Assembly (NCBI GenBank): GCA_965207735.1
Contig: OZ242296.1
Coordinates: 3,488,001 to 3,552,000 of the forward strand
Direction: 5' to 3'
DNA: 64,000 nt
DNA from: Candidatus Versatilivorator sp.
GTDB lineage: Bacteria; Acidobacteriota; Terriglobia; Versatilivoradales; Versatilivoraceae
The notes under the pieces were generated by a model. That model had not been told where the DNA came from. It was given only the letters and a program-made list of their open reading frames with translations, and did not search any database. Every line of letters begins with the position of its first letter. Positions within the stretch are counted from its first letter, which is position 1. The position numbers were made by a program, and so were the translations under genes. Below are positions 30,421-39,456 of this stretch, in pieces.

Positions 30421-31899
30421 CTAGGGAATCAGCAAGCCATAGAGCCGATCATGGCGTTCCAGCGCCTTCCGGTATCGTTGATGTCGATCGCGGCAGGGAT
30501 GGAACCGCGGCCCCAGAGGGGTCTCCACTTTCTCAATGCTGCCAAGATAACCCAGGGCTTCCAGGGCCAGCAAGGCGGCGCCCCGGCTTGAGGCCTCCTT
30601 CACCGCGGAAGCCACCACCGGCTGTCCCAACACGTCCGCCATGATCTGCATCCAGACAGGCGATTGCAGAAGCGCCCCGCCGGAAGCCACGATCTCTCGA
30701 TCCCGCGGGACCACCGGCTCCAGCAGCCGAGCGATCTTGGCAAAACGGTAGGCCACCGATTCCAGTGAAGCCCGCAGGATTTCAATGGGACGGGTGTGCA
30801 AACTCAGGCCCGTGACGGCAGCCCGGGCTTTTGACTGCCAACCCGGGCTGCGTTCCCCGGCCAGGAAGGGGAGAAGGGTCAGCCCATGGGAATCCGGCTC
30901 CAGGTCCGCCAGTTGGCGCTCGACAGCCTCCGGGTCCCTGTCCAGCCGCAGCGTCTCGGTCATCCATTCGAAGAGGAGACCGCCGTTGCTGAGAGATCCT
31001 CCCATGACGAAGCGGCTCCGATTGGCCCGATAGCACCACAATCCCCGGGGAACCGCAGGCTGTTGGGTCTTCCCCATGACTCTCATGGCGCCCGAAGTGC
31101 CAACCATCAGGGCCAGGCGATCGGGCGTGCAGCAGCCGCTGCCCACGTTGCTGCAGGCCCCGTCTCCAACGGCGGCGACCCAGGGGATTCGACTCAAGTC
31201 GGGCCAGCGGCCGGCGAACGCTTGTCCCAGACCCGACAGCGGAGTGTCCAGGTCGATGAGGGGGGACAGCTGGTTCCGCTCCAGCGGCAGGACCTGCAGA
31301 ATCCCCTGGTCCCACTCCAGGCGGTCCTGATCCAGAAGCCCCGTCCCCGACGCCATGGAAAGGCTGCAGCGGTTGACGCCAAACAGTTTCAAATAGGCAT
31401 ATTCCCCGAACGACATCCAACCGGTGACCCCGCGAAACCGCTCCCGATGGGACCGATACAGCCACAGCAGCTTGGCCGGCAGGTAACTGGGATGGAGCGG
31501 ACAGCCGGTGCGAGCGTGGTACCGGCTTTCCTCCACGCGGCTGCGGAGCTCCTCCGCGGCAGCCGCGCTGCGGGTATCGGCCCAGGAGTAGACCGGGGTC
31601 AACGCCCGACCCTTGGCATCTACCCCCACCAGGTTGTGCCAGAAAGTGGACATGGCAACGGCTGCAATCCCCGCACGGCGGCGGCCACTTCGGGCCAGGA
31701 TCTCGTCGATCACCTCCACCACCAGCTTGAACAGGGCGTCGGCGCCCACTTCCACCCCGCCGTCCGGAGTGGTTGCGAACTGATAGGGCCTTCGAGCCTC
31801 CAGACCGGGCAAGGCCCGGCCGCAATGGTCATGGATGGTGGCTCGAACCGAGGAACTCCCGGCGTCAACGGTGAGAATCAGAGGATCGTCAGCGCGCAT
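30421..31899 (-). CDS. gntK: Gluconokinase (FGGY carbohydrate kinase family)
   Basis: VDAGSSSVRA, TGCPLHPSYLPAKL, GDGACSNVGSG, LAGERSPGW. Confidence 0.85.
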   Translation of the reverse strand: MRADDPLILTVDAGSSSVRATIHDHCGRALPGLEARRPYQFATTPDGGVEVGADALFKLVVEVIDEILARSGRRRAGIAAVAMSTFWHNLVGVDAKGRALTPVYSWADTRSAAAAEELRSRVEESRYHARTGCPLHPSYLPAKLLWLYRSHRERFRGVTGWMSFGEYAYLKLFGVNRCSLSMASGTGLLDQDRLEWDQGILQVLPLERNQLSPLIDLDTPLSGLGQAFAGRWPDLSRIPWVAAVGDGACSNVGSGCCTPDRLALMVGTSGAMRVMGKTQQPAVPRGLWCYRANRSRFVMGGSLSNGGLLFEWMTETLRLDRDPEAVERQLADLEPDSHGLTLLPFLAGERSPGWQSKARAAVTGLSLHTRPIEILRASLESVAYRFAKIARLLEPVVPRDREIVASGGALLQSPVWMQIMADVLGQPVVASAVKEASSRGAALLALEALGYLGSIEKVETPLGPRFHPCRDRHQRYRKALERHDRLYGLLIP

Positions 31900-32343
31900 T
31901 TCAGTAGCTTGTCGGTCCGATTCTAGTGGCTTCCGGTTATACACCGTGCTGGGCGCGCTCTGGCTTGTCCTCTTTCCCTCAGCCCATCCATGCTCGCTCG
32001 ACCGTAGTGACCGCTAGCCCGCATTTCTCACCAGGGGGCATGAACATGGCGCAGGATTTTTCCCTTCAGCGCGTGCTCGCGACCGAAGAGCGTAGCGGTC
32101 ACTACGCGCGAGGGAGCATGTGCGCGCTGAAGGGAAAAAGACAAGCCAGGGCAATGCCCAGCGCCGTCTGCTACCCGCAAGCCCTTACCATGGAGCCAAT
32201 CAAGGTACTGAAGATAAACTACTTCTCGTCATGGCACCAGCGGCCTGGTGAGAAATGCGGGCTAGGCTCTTCGCTCGCGAGCACCCGCTGAGGGAAAAAT
32301 TCCCGCGCCATTACCAGGCCCTCCGGGTAGAAATGCGGGCTAA
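31889..32343. mobile_element. Older degenerate MITE copy (inverted), split by the inner copy
   Basis: 31940-32013 and 32266-32343 join to match the reverse complement of the inner element's left part, ending in agaaatgcgggctaa. The left end (cagcgcgcatttc) is less certain. Confidence 0.7.
32014..32265. mobile_element. 252-bp non-autonomous MITE-like element
   Basis: Perfect 22-bp terminal inverted repeats ctagcccgcatttctcaccagg / cctggtgagaaatgcgggctag; internal hairpin cccttcagcgcg...cgcgctgaaggg; no transposase. Confidence 0.88.
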
Positions 32344-33024
32344 TCGCCGTGACTTGCGATGTTTCAGGATCAGGACCAGGCCGGCGACGAAGCCGCCGAT
32401 ATGGGCCCACCAGGCCGTGCCTCCCATGGAGAGATCCCCGCTCGTCAGGGAAAGGGCGCCGTTGAAGAATTGCAGCAGAAACCACAGTCCCAGGAATATC
32501 ACGGCCGGCAGCCGCACCAGGTAAAAGAAGAACAAGATGGGGACGAAGGTGAGAACCCGGGCTCCGGGGAATAGAACCAGGTAGGCGGCCAGCACCCCGG
32601 AGATGGCGCCACTGGCGCCGATCATGGGAATGCGCGAGCCGGGATGAACCGCAATCTGCAACAGGGCCGCCAGGAGCCCGCAAACCAGGTAGAAAAGCAG
32701 AAAGCGCACCGATCCCAGCCAGTCCTCGACATTGTCTCCGAACACCCACAGGTAAAGCATGTTGCCCAGGAAATGCATCCAGCCGGCATGCAGGAACATG
32801 GACGTAAAGAGGGGAGCCAGTCCCATCAGGAGTCCGACTTCCTGCCAGTAGCCGAAACTGAACATCGCACCGGGAACCAGTCCGAACCGGTAGAAGAACC
32901 CTGTCAGCAGCGGTCCGGAGCCCAGGGACAACTGGTAGACGAACAGGGCCGCATTGACGGCAATCAGCAGCAGCGTGACCGCCGGAAAGGTCCGGGTTCG
33001 GTTGATGTCTTTCAGGGGAATCAT
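32311..33024 (-). CDS. Rhomboid family intramembrane serine protease
   Basis: FLHAGWMHFLGNM, GASGA, AHIGGF. Confidence 0.95.
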   Translation of the reverse strand: MIPLKDINRTRTFPAVTLLLIAVNAALFVYQLSLGSGPLLTGFFYRFGLVPGAMFSFGYWQEVGLLMGLAPLFTSMFLHAGWMHFLGNMLYLWVFGDNVEDWLGSVRFLLFYLVCGLLAALLQIAVHPGSRIPMIGASGAISGVLAAYLVLFPGARVLTFVPILFFFYLVRLPAVIFLGLWFLLQFFNGALSLTSGDLSMGGTAWWAHIGGFVAGLVLILKHRKSRRLARISTRRAW

Positions 33025-33066
33025 GGCGTTTCCTGGGCGAGGCCGCCTCCGGGCCTCATTCCAGGC

Positions 33067-36009
33067 TCACTCGCTCCCGGCCCTGGGCGGCCCCGCCAGC
33101 ACGAGATCCAGGGGGCCCTCACCGCAGTGTTTCAAGACCTCGGCGTAGGCTGCATCCCTCAAGCGGATCATTTCCCTCCACCCCTTTCCTCTTGGCTGGA
33201 TGGCCGGACAGACAATCACCCGGAGGGGGGCAGGCGAGGGCAGCAGCCGGCCGTCGCGGAGCACCTGCCGCGTCCCGTGAAGAGTCACAGGCAGCAGGAG
33301 GGCTCCGGTATCGACCGCCAACTTGAAGGCTCCCATCTGAAAAGGCCGCAGTCCACTGGCATGAGTGAAGGTGCCTTCGGGGAACAGGTGGACCGGCGTC
33401 CCATTCAGCAACCTCTCCTCGATACGGCGGCTATCCTGAACGGCCTCGGGCGCGTGCTCGCGGTCGACGGTGAGGTAGCCGGATCGACGAATGAAGGTGC
33501 CCACGAAGGGCCAGGAAGCGGCCTCCCGCTTGGCCACAAAGCAAAAGTCGAAGGGCAGGGCCGCCACCAACACCAGGATATCCAGATAGCTGGCGTGGTT
33601 GGAAATGATCAGCAACCGCTGCTTGCCCGAACGGTCGACCGCCGGCAGGTGCTCCAGGCCGGCCACTACCGGCCGCAGCCCCCCCAATCGGAGAGTGATT
33701 CGCGAGATCCTTCTGAGCAGGGCCGGGCCGGCACGAGGTCCGGCTCGCGCGGGCGTCAATAGCAGCAACACCCAGCAGGGAAGGCCGACCGCAACCAGGA
33801 CCATCCAGACGTAGCTGCCATAGACCCACCGCCCCGCGGCCCCGATTGCCCGGCGGCTCCGCTGTCGCAGGCTCCGGAGAGCCAGTCGAGCCACCTGCAA
33901 CCAAACCGCCGAACTCGGGGAATCGAGCTTGCCTTGCAGGTAGAGGCGGCGACAGCTGTCCCTTCGGATCTTGCCGCTGGAGGTCTTGGGGACGCTTTGG
34001 GGGGGAACCAGCACAACCTCGTCAAGAGGGATTCCCAATTCGGAGTCCATCCTCTCCCTGATGGCCGCAGCCAGCATCTCTTTCTCCTCGGGTCCGGTTC
34101 GACGCGTTTCGGCCACCAGCACCAAGCGCTCGCCCGCCATCCGTCTTCCACTGACTCCGAATGCAGCCACGCAGCCACGCCGAACGCCCTCGACATCCCC
34201 CGCGATATGTTCCAACTCCTGGGGGTAGAGATTTCGCCCTCCCTGGATGATGATGTCCTTGACCCGGCCGGTGACAAAGAGTTCCCCATCCGCCAGGTAG
34301 CCCAGGTCGCCCGTCTTCAACCAGTCGTCCTGCAAGACCTCGGCAGTGGCCTCGGCTCTTCCGAAGTAACCCTGCATGACGGAGGGCCCGCGACACTGAA
34401 TGTGGCCTTGGGTGCGGTCGGGAAGCGGGTCTCCGGCACTACTGACGATTCTTACCTGGTGTCCGGACAGTGACCGGCCGGCGGAGACAAAAGTCAGCGG
34501 CTTCACGGCTTGACCGGAGGCGGGCTTCGCCCGTCCGGTCCTTTCAAAAAGGGCCCTGTCGATGGGGTCCAGACGAGCCCTTCGGCTCAGGGGCGGGACG
34601 GTGACCGCCAGCGAAGACTCGGCCAGACCATATACCGGCAGCAGGGTTTCCGCGCGGAAGCCAAAGGGGTGAAACCGCCTCGAAAATCCCTCCAGGGTCT
34701 CGGGTTGAACCGGCTCGGCGCCGTTCAGGGTTGCCCGCAAGCAGGAGAGGTCCAGTCCCTCCAGGTCCTGAGCGTCGACCCGCCGCATGCAGAGCTCGTA
34801 GGCGAAGTTGGGCGCGGCCGAGAGAGTGGCTCGATAGCGGTGTATGGCCCACAGCCAGCGCTCCGGGCGGGTCAAGAACGCCTGGGGCGACAGGATCACG
34901 ATAGGAACGCCCAGATAGAGGCAGGAGAGCCAGGCTCCGATCAGGCCCATGTCGTGGTAGAGGGGAAGCCAGCTCACCCCCACGTCCCTTGAGTCGATCT
35001 TCAGCGCCGCCGCGATGGCCCGAATATTGGCAATCAGATTGGAATGGGTCAACACCACTCCCTTGGGGTCCCCGGTGCTCCCCGAGGTGTACTGAATGAA
35101 GGCGATGTCCTGGGGCAGGGGCCGCACCACGGTCCCGGAGGCCTTGCCCAGGCTTTCGGGAGTCACCACCTTTTCCAGGCCCGGCACCTGGCCGCGCAAC
35201 AGCCGCGCCAAGGACCCGACCTCCTGAAAGGTCACCAGCAGTCGTGCCCCCGCATCGGCCAGTATCTTGGCCTGACGCTGGGCGTATTCCTCGACGCGGT
35301 TGGCCCGCCAGGGGGGATATAGGGGCACCGGAACGGCGCCGGCCAGGATGGCGCCGAAAAAAACCGGGAAGAATTCGGGGGCGGTGGGGAGCATGAGCGC
35401 AACCCGGTCCCCAGGTTGCACACCCGCCCGCTGCCGGAGGGCCGCCGCCACCTCCGAACTGTCCGAGAGCAGGCCGGCATAGGTGATGGGACGCATCTCC
35501 CCACTCTCCAGCCGCAATTGAATGTGGACCCGCTCCGGGGCGCTCTCGGCAAAATGGAAGAGCGCTTCCTCCAGGGTGGAGGGCCAACCGCCGTCGCGGT
35601 TCCAGGCATCCACGCCTCCCGCCCGCGGACGGCCTTCCAACGTCTGCTGAATCAGGAGGGGGTCGGCGGTGTCAGTGCGGGGGGAGGGCGGTGCCGAGAT
35701 TTCGGCCCGAGATCCGGCCGTCGATACCGCCCGGACCAGGTCGCTGACTTTTTCGGCCCCGGCAAGCAGTTGGTCCGGCAACTTGAGAGAGAGCTCTCTT
35801 TCCAGTCGCAGCAGCAACTCCACCCGCTCCAGGCTGGCCAGTCCCAGCTCACGCTCCAGCGAAGCCCTCGGCGAGAGGTGGCGCAGGGCACGATGAGACC
35901 CCAGTTCAGCCAGGAAAGAACGAAGGACCCCGAGAATCTTTTCCTCCACTTCCTTCTGGTCCGGTTTCCCCGAGCCGGCAGGGGAGGATCTTGTCTCCAG
36001 GGAATTCAT
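33067..36009 (-). CDS. Acyl carrier + fatty acyl-AMP ligase + PlsC acyltransferase fusion
   Basis: LGLASLERVEL (carrier Ser), YTSGSTGDPKG, SWLPLYHDMGLIG, YGLAE, NHASYLD, FPEGT. Confidence 0.9.
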   Translation of the reverse strand: MNSLETRSSPAGSGKPDQKEVEEKILGVLRSFLAELGSHRALRHLSPRASLERELGLASLERVELLLRLERELSLKLPDQLLAGAEKVSDLVRAVSTAGSRAEISAPPSPRTDTADPLLIQQTLEGRPRAGGVDAWNRDGGWPSTLEEALFHFAESAPERVHIQLRLESGEMRPITYAGLLSDSSEVAAALRQRAGVQPGDRVALMLPTAPEFFPVFFGAILAGAVPVPLYPPWRANRVEEYAQRQAKILADAGARLLVTFQEVGSLARLLRGQVPGLEKVVTPESLGKASGTVVRPLPQDIAFIQYTSGSTGDPKGVVLTHSNLIANIRAIAAALKIDSRDVGVSWLPLYHDMGLIGAWLSCLYLGVPIVILSPQAFLTRPERWLWAIHRYRATLSAAPNFAYELCMRRVDAQDLEGLDLSCLRATLNGAEPVQPETLEGFSRRFHPFGFRAETLLPVYGLAESSLAVTVPPLSRRARLDPIDRALFERTGRAKPASGQAVKPLTFVSAGRSLSGHQVRIVSSAGDPLPDRTQGHIQCRGPSVMQGYFGRAEATAEVLQDDWLKTGDLGYLADGELFVTGRVKDIIIQGGRNLYPQELEHIAGDVEGVRRGCVAAFGVSGRRMAGERLVLVAETRRTGPEEKEMLAAAIRERMDSELGIPLDEVVLVPPQSVPKTSSGKIRRDSCRRLYLQGKLDSPSSAVWLQVARLALRSLRQRSRRAIGAAGRWVYGSYVWMVLVAVGLPCWVLLLLTPARAGPRAGPALLRRISRITLRLGGLRPVVAGLEHLPAVDRSGKQRLLIISNHASYLDILVLVAALPFDFCFVAKREAASWPFVGTFIRRSGYLTVDREHAPEAVQDSRRIEERLLNGTPVHLFPEGTFTHASGLRPFQMGAFKLAVDTGALLLPVTLHGTRQVLRDGRLLPSPAPLRVIVCPAIQPRGKGWREMIRLRDAAYAEVLKHCGEGPLDLVLAGPPRAGSE

Positions 36010-36159
36010 GGAGTAGCGTCTTCCAGGCAGCTCGCCGCGGGGCCTACAGGGTTCGGTGCTGCCAATCAGCGGTTTGCGGACGATACCGCCGGCATCTTAG
36101 CACAGGTGGGTCAGCCGGACGGGCGGGCTCACCTGTCTCACCCGGGGGAGTGAACTCTT

Positions 36160-36507
36160 GAGGGATTGATGAACTTGGGAGCCGGGTTTGGGAATTGTCG
36201 GCGAAGAAAAGGTGATGCTCGCACTCAAGGAAGTGAAACAACGAATCTTCATGGCCTGTCGGGAACAAGGACCAAGTCGTGCTAAACCGGTTTTCTACTT
36301 ATTGAACATGGATACACAGGATAGACAGGATAAACGGCACGAGAGGCTGCGCCACAGGAAGCAGACCCGCTCGATGATCGGGTGGGTGTTGGAAGTGATC
36401 CAAGAGCCCGGGCGCGGGTTTTGGGAAATCCGTGTTGGAACAGAGGCGATGGTTGAACTCATGACGGTGGGAACTCTCGCCAAATAATCCTGTGCATCCA
36501 TGTCAAT
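36160..36507 (+). pseudogene. Two degenerate GxxExxY-protein relics, the second bounded by inverted repeats
   Basis: Fragments LGAGF / GIVGEEKVMLALKEVK and TRSMIGWVLEVIQEPGRGFWE...MVELMTV; IR acatggatacacaggat (36306-36322) / atcctgtgcatccatgt (36487-36503). Confidence 0.6.
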
Positions 36508-36562
36508 TAGCCGTCTAACTATGCTTGACTTTGAACGGGTTTCCCGCCACGCGGCACAAGGC

Positions 36563-36763
36563 GTTGTTTCAGACAAGCCGAGCCCCCGCCCTGGTGTGCG
36601 GATCATACATAGAGTGAAACAATCAGAAATCGACCATCCCTTCGCGAACTTGGCACCCCGTCGCGGTCAACCTCAACGCCTTAGTGGCCCTTCGTCGTTC
36701 TTCGTGCCCCTTCGTGGATAAGTCTTTTTCTTTTGTCTTTTGTCGGTTGTTTCAGACAAGCCG
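36563..36763. repeat. 18-bp direct repeats flanking a segment with ttcgtg-type repeat copy 2
   Basis: gttgtttcagacaagccg at 36563-36580 and 36746-36763; internal ccttagtggcccttcgtcgttcttcgtgccccttcgtgg from 36679. Confidence 0.8.
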
Positions 36764-36793
36764 GGCGCAATCACCGCAAACGGCTGGGGCCTC

Positions 36794-37999
36794 TCAGCTC
36801 GAGCTGGACGCGGCAGCCCGTGCGAGCCGGCCCAGGGCTTCGGCCCGATCGGTCTTCTCCCAACTGAACGATCCGTCCGCGCCGACAGGCCGCCCAAAGT
36901 GGCCGTAGGCGGCAGTGGCCCTGAATATCGGGCGCTTCAGCGAGAGCGCGTCGATGATTCCCTTGGGGCGAAGATCGAAGACCTCTCGAACCACCCTCAC
37001 CAGTTCCTCGCCGCCCAGCTTGCCGGTGCCGAAGGTGTCGACCAGAATCGAAACGGGACGCGCAATACCGATGGCATAAGCGAGCTGCACCTCGCATTTC
37101 GCCGCCAAGCCCGCCGCCACGATGTTCTTGGCCACATAGCGAGCCGCGTAGGCAGCGCTGCGATCCACCTTGGAAGGGTCCTTCCCCGAAAAGGCCCCGC
37201 CGCCGTGACGAGCCCAACCCCCGTAGGTGTCCACGATGATCTTGCGGCCCGTCAATCCCGTGTCCCCCTGCGGTCCTCCTCGGACAAATTTTCCCGTGGG
37301 ATTGACATAGTACCGGGTCCGATCGTCCAGCAGGTCGGCAGGGACAACGGGGCCCACAACCTGTTCCAGGACATCTTGGTAGATTTGGCCGTGAGCGACA
37401 CTGTCCTGGTGTTGGGTCGAGATGACCAGCGTATCGATGCGCGCCGGCTTGCCGTCCGCATATTCCACCGTCACCTGGCTCTTGCTGTCGGGCCGGATAT
37501 AGTCCAGGGCACCCTTTTTACGCAGCCTGGCCAGTTCCTCGACCAGCTTCTGCGCCAGAACGATAGGGGTCGGCATGAGCTCAGGAGTCTCGTCACAGGC
37601 ATAGCCGAACATCATGCCCTGGTCCCCGGCCCCCTGCTCCTTGAAAAGCCCCTTGCCCTCGGTGACACCTTGAGAGATGTCCTCCGACTGGGGATCGATC
37701 CTGACGTCTACCCGACAGCTCCCATAGTCGAAACCAACTCCACCTTCAACGTAGCCGATTTCCCGAATGGTATCTCTGACGACGCTCTCGACGTCGACCG
37801 AGTCCTTGGCCTTGGAGGTCACTTCCCCCGCAACCAGGCAATAGTCGGTGGTGACCAGCGTCTCGCAGGCAACTCGGGACTCCGGATCGGCGGCGATGTA
37901 GGCATCGACGATGGCGTCAGAAACCTGATCCGCAACCTTGTCGGGATGTCCTTCCGAAACGGCCTCACTGGTGAACAGCATCCTTTCCGTATCTGCCAT
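36794..37999 (-). CDS. metK: S-adenosylmethionine synthetase
   Basis: [22 protein letters not shown]. Confidence 0.98.
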   Translation of the reverse strand: MADTERMLFTSEAVSEGHPDKVADQVSDAIVDAYIAADPESRVACETLVTTDYCLVAGEVTSKAKDSVDVESVVRDTIREIGYVEGGVGFDYGSCRVDVRIDPQSEDISQGVTEGKGLFKEQGAGDQGMMFGYACDETPELMPTPIVLAQKLVEELARLRKKGALDYIRPDSKSQVTVEYADGKPARIDTLVISTQHQDSVAHGQIYQDVLEQVVGPVVPADLLDDRTRYYVNPTGKFVRGGPQGDTGLTGRKIIVDTYGGWARHGGGAFSGKDPSKVDRSAAYAARYVAKNIVAAGLAAKCEVQLAYAIGIARPVSILVDTFGTGKLGGEELVRVVREVFDLRPKGIIDALSLKRPIFRATAAYGHFGRPVGADGSFSWEKTDRAEALGRLARAAASSSS

Positions 38000-38139
38000 G
38001 ACTGCCTACTCCCTCGATAGTCTCGTTACCGTCGCCGCAATCCAATGCTGCGGGTTAACCGGAAACTCGTCATATAATTCCACTTCAGCCCCGCGGGGAA
38101 CCGTTTGGCCCGGTCTCTGGCCTTGGGGCGAGCGGCTGA

Positions 38140-38169
38140 ACGATAGTCTTGGGCCTTCCGGTTTGTCAA
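38140..38169 (-). promoter_or_regulatory. Candidate metK promoter
   Basis: TTGACA, 18-bp spacer, TATCGT on the minus strand. Confidence 0.45.
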
Positions 38170-38264
38170 GCCCATTGCCGTCGGGGTCGGACGGGTGGAA
38201 TAGTACTGTATCCGGCGACCCGGCGAGAAATACAGGCCAAGATCAACAAGGAGCAGACGACATC

Positions 38265-39440
38265 ATGACCCTGGATATCCAAGAAGTTCAAGAGCAGTTG
38301 AAAGCCATGAAGCTGGATGGATGGCTGCTTTACGATTTTCAAGGCCTCAATCCCATTGCCCGAAAGCTGCTAGGGCTTCAGGAAGCCCTGCTGACCAGAC
38401 GTTGGTTCTGCTGGATCCCTTCCCGCGGCCCCGTGACCTTGTTTTGCCACCGTATTGAGCGTCAAGGGTTCGAGCACCTGCCTGCGCCCACCGTGCTCTT
38501 CAGCAGTTGGGAGGAGATGCAGGCGGGTCTGGAACGTCTGCTGCAGGGAAGCACACGGGTGGCCATGGAGTATTCTCCCCATTGCTACATTCCCTACGTT
38601 TCCAGGGTGGACGCCGGCACCCTGGAGTTGGTTCGGAGTCTCGGCAAGACGGTGGTTTCCTCGGCCGATCTGGTCCAATACTTCGAGGCTCGCTGGAGCC
38701 ACCAGCAGCTCCGGAGCCACCTCCAGGCCAGTCGTCTGCTGATGGAAGTCTTGTTCGAGACCTTCCAACAGGTGGGTGAGGCCAGCCGCAACCGCGTTCC
38801 CCTCAACGAGCACCAGTTGCAACAGAGCATGTGCCAAAGGTACCGGGAACGGGGCCTGGAGTCCTCTTCCCCTCCCATTGTGGCCGTCAACCAAAACAGC
38901 GGGAACCCTCACTATGAGCCACGGGCCGGGGCCTCGGCACCCATCCGGACGGGGGACCTGCTGCTCATCGATTTCTGGGCCAAGCTTTCCACCCCGCAGG
39001 CCGTCTACGCTGACTATACCTGGGTCGCGTTCCTGGGAGAGTCGATTCCTGCAAAAGTCGTCCGGGTCTGGGACATTGTCCGGGAAGCGCGGGACCGCAC
39101 CCTCGAGTTCGTGCGTGCCAGGACCAGCCGGCGGACCGCCGTACGGGGATGGGAGGTCGACGAGGTCGCCCGCCGGGTGATCTCCCGGGCCGGGTTCGGC
39201 GAGTATTTCATCCACCGGACCGGTCACAGCATTGGAGAGTCGGACCACGGCAACGGAGCCAACATGGATGGATTGGAAACCAGGGACGAACGGCTCCTGA
39301 TTCCGCGCACCTGCTTTTCCATAGAGCCGGGGATCTACTTGCCGGATTTCGGAATCCGCAGCGAGTTGAACGTTTACCTGGGGGAGGAAGAGTTGGTGGT
39401 TACCGGGGACCCCATCCAGCAGGAGATACGCAAGATCTGA
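38265..39440 (+). CDS. Xaa-Pro aminopeptidase (M24 family)
   Basis: LLIDFW, YADYT, HRTGHSIG, FSIEPGIY, GIRSE; AAGGAG RBS. Confidence 0.92.
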   Translation: MTLDIQEVQEQLKAMKLDGWLLYDFQGLNPIARKLLGLQEALLTRRWFCWIPSRGPVTLFCHRIERQGFEHLPAPTVLFSSWEEMQAGLERLLQGSTRVAMEYSPHCYIPYVSRVDAGTLELVRSLGKTVVSSADLVQYFEARWSHQQLRSHLQASRLLMEVLFETFQQVGEASRNRVPLNEHQLQQSMCQRYRERGLESSSPPIVAVNQNSGNPHYEPRAGASAPIRTGDLLLIDFWAKLSTPQAVYADYTWVAFLGESIPAKVVRVWDIVREARDRTLEFVRARTSRRTAVRGWEVDEVARRVISRAGFGEYFIHRTGHSIGESDHGNGANMDGLETRDERLLIPRTCFSIEPGIYLPDFGIRSELNVYLGEEELVVTGDPIQQEIRKI

Positions 39441-39456
39441 ACAGCCGGGGCGGCGC

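Noticed and set aside
36563-36763. Possible mini-CRISPR from two direct repeats
   Set aside because: Only two 18-bp repeats with a 165-bp spacer and no cas genes.
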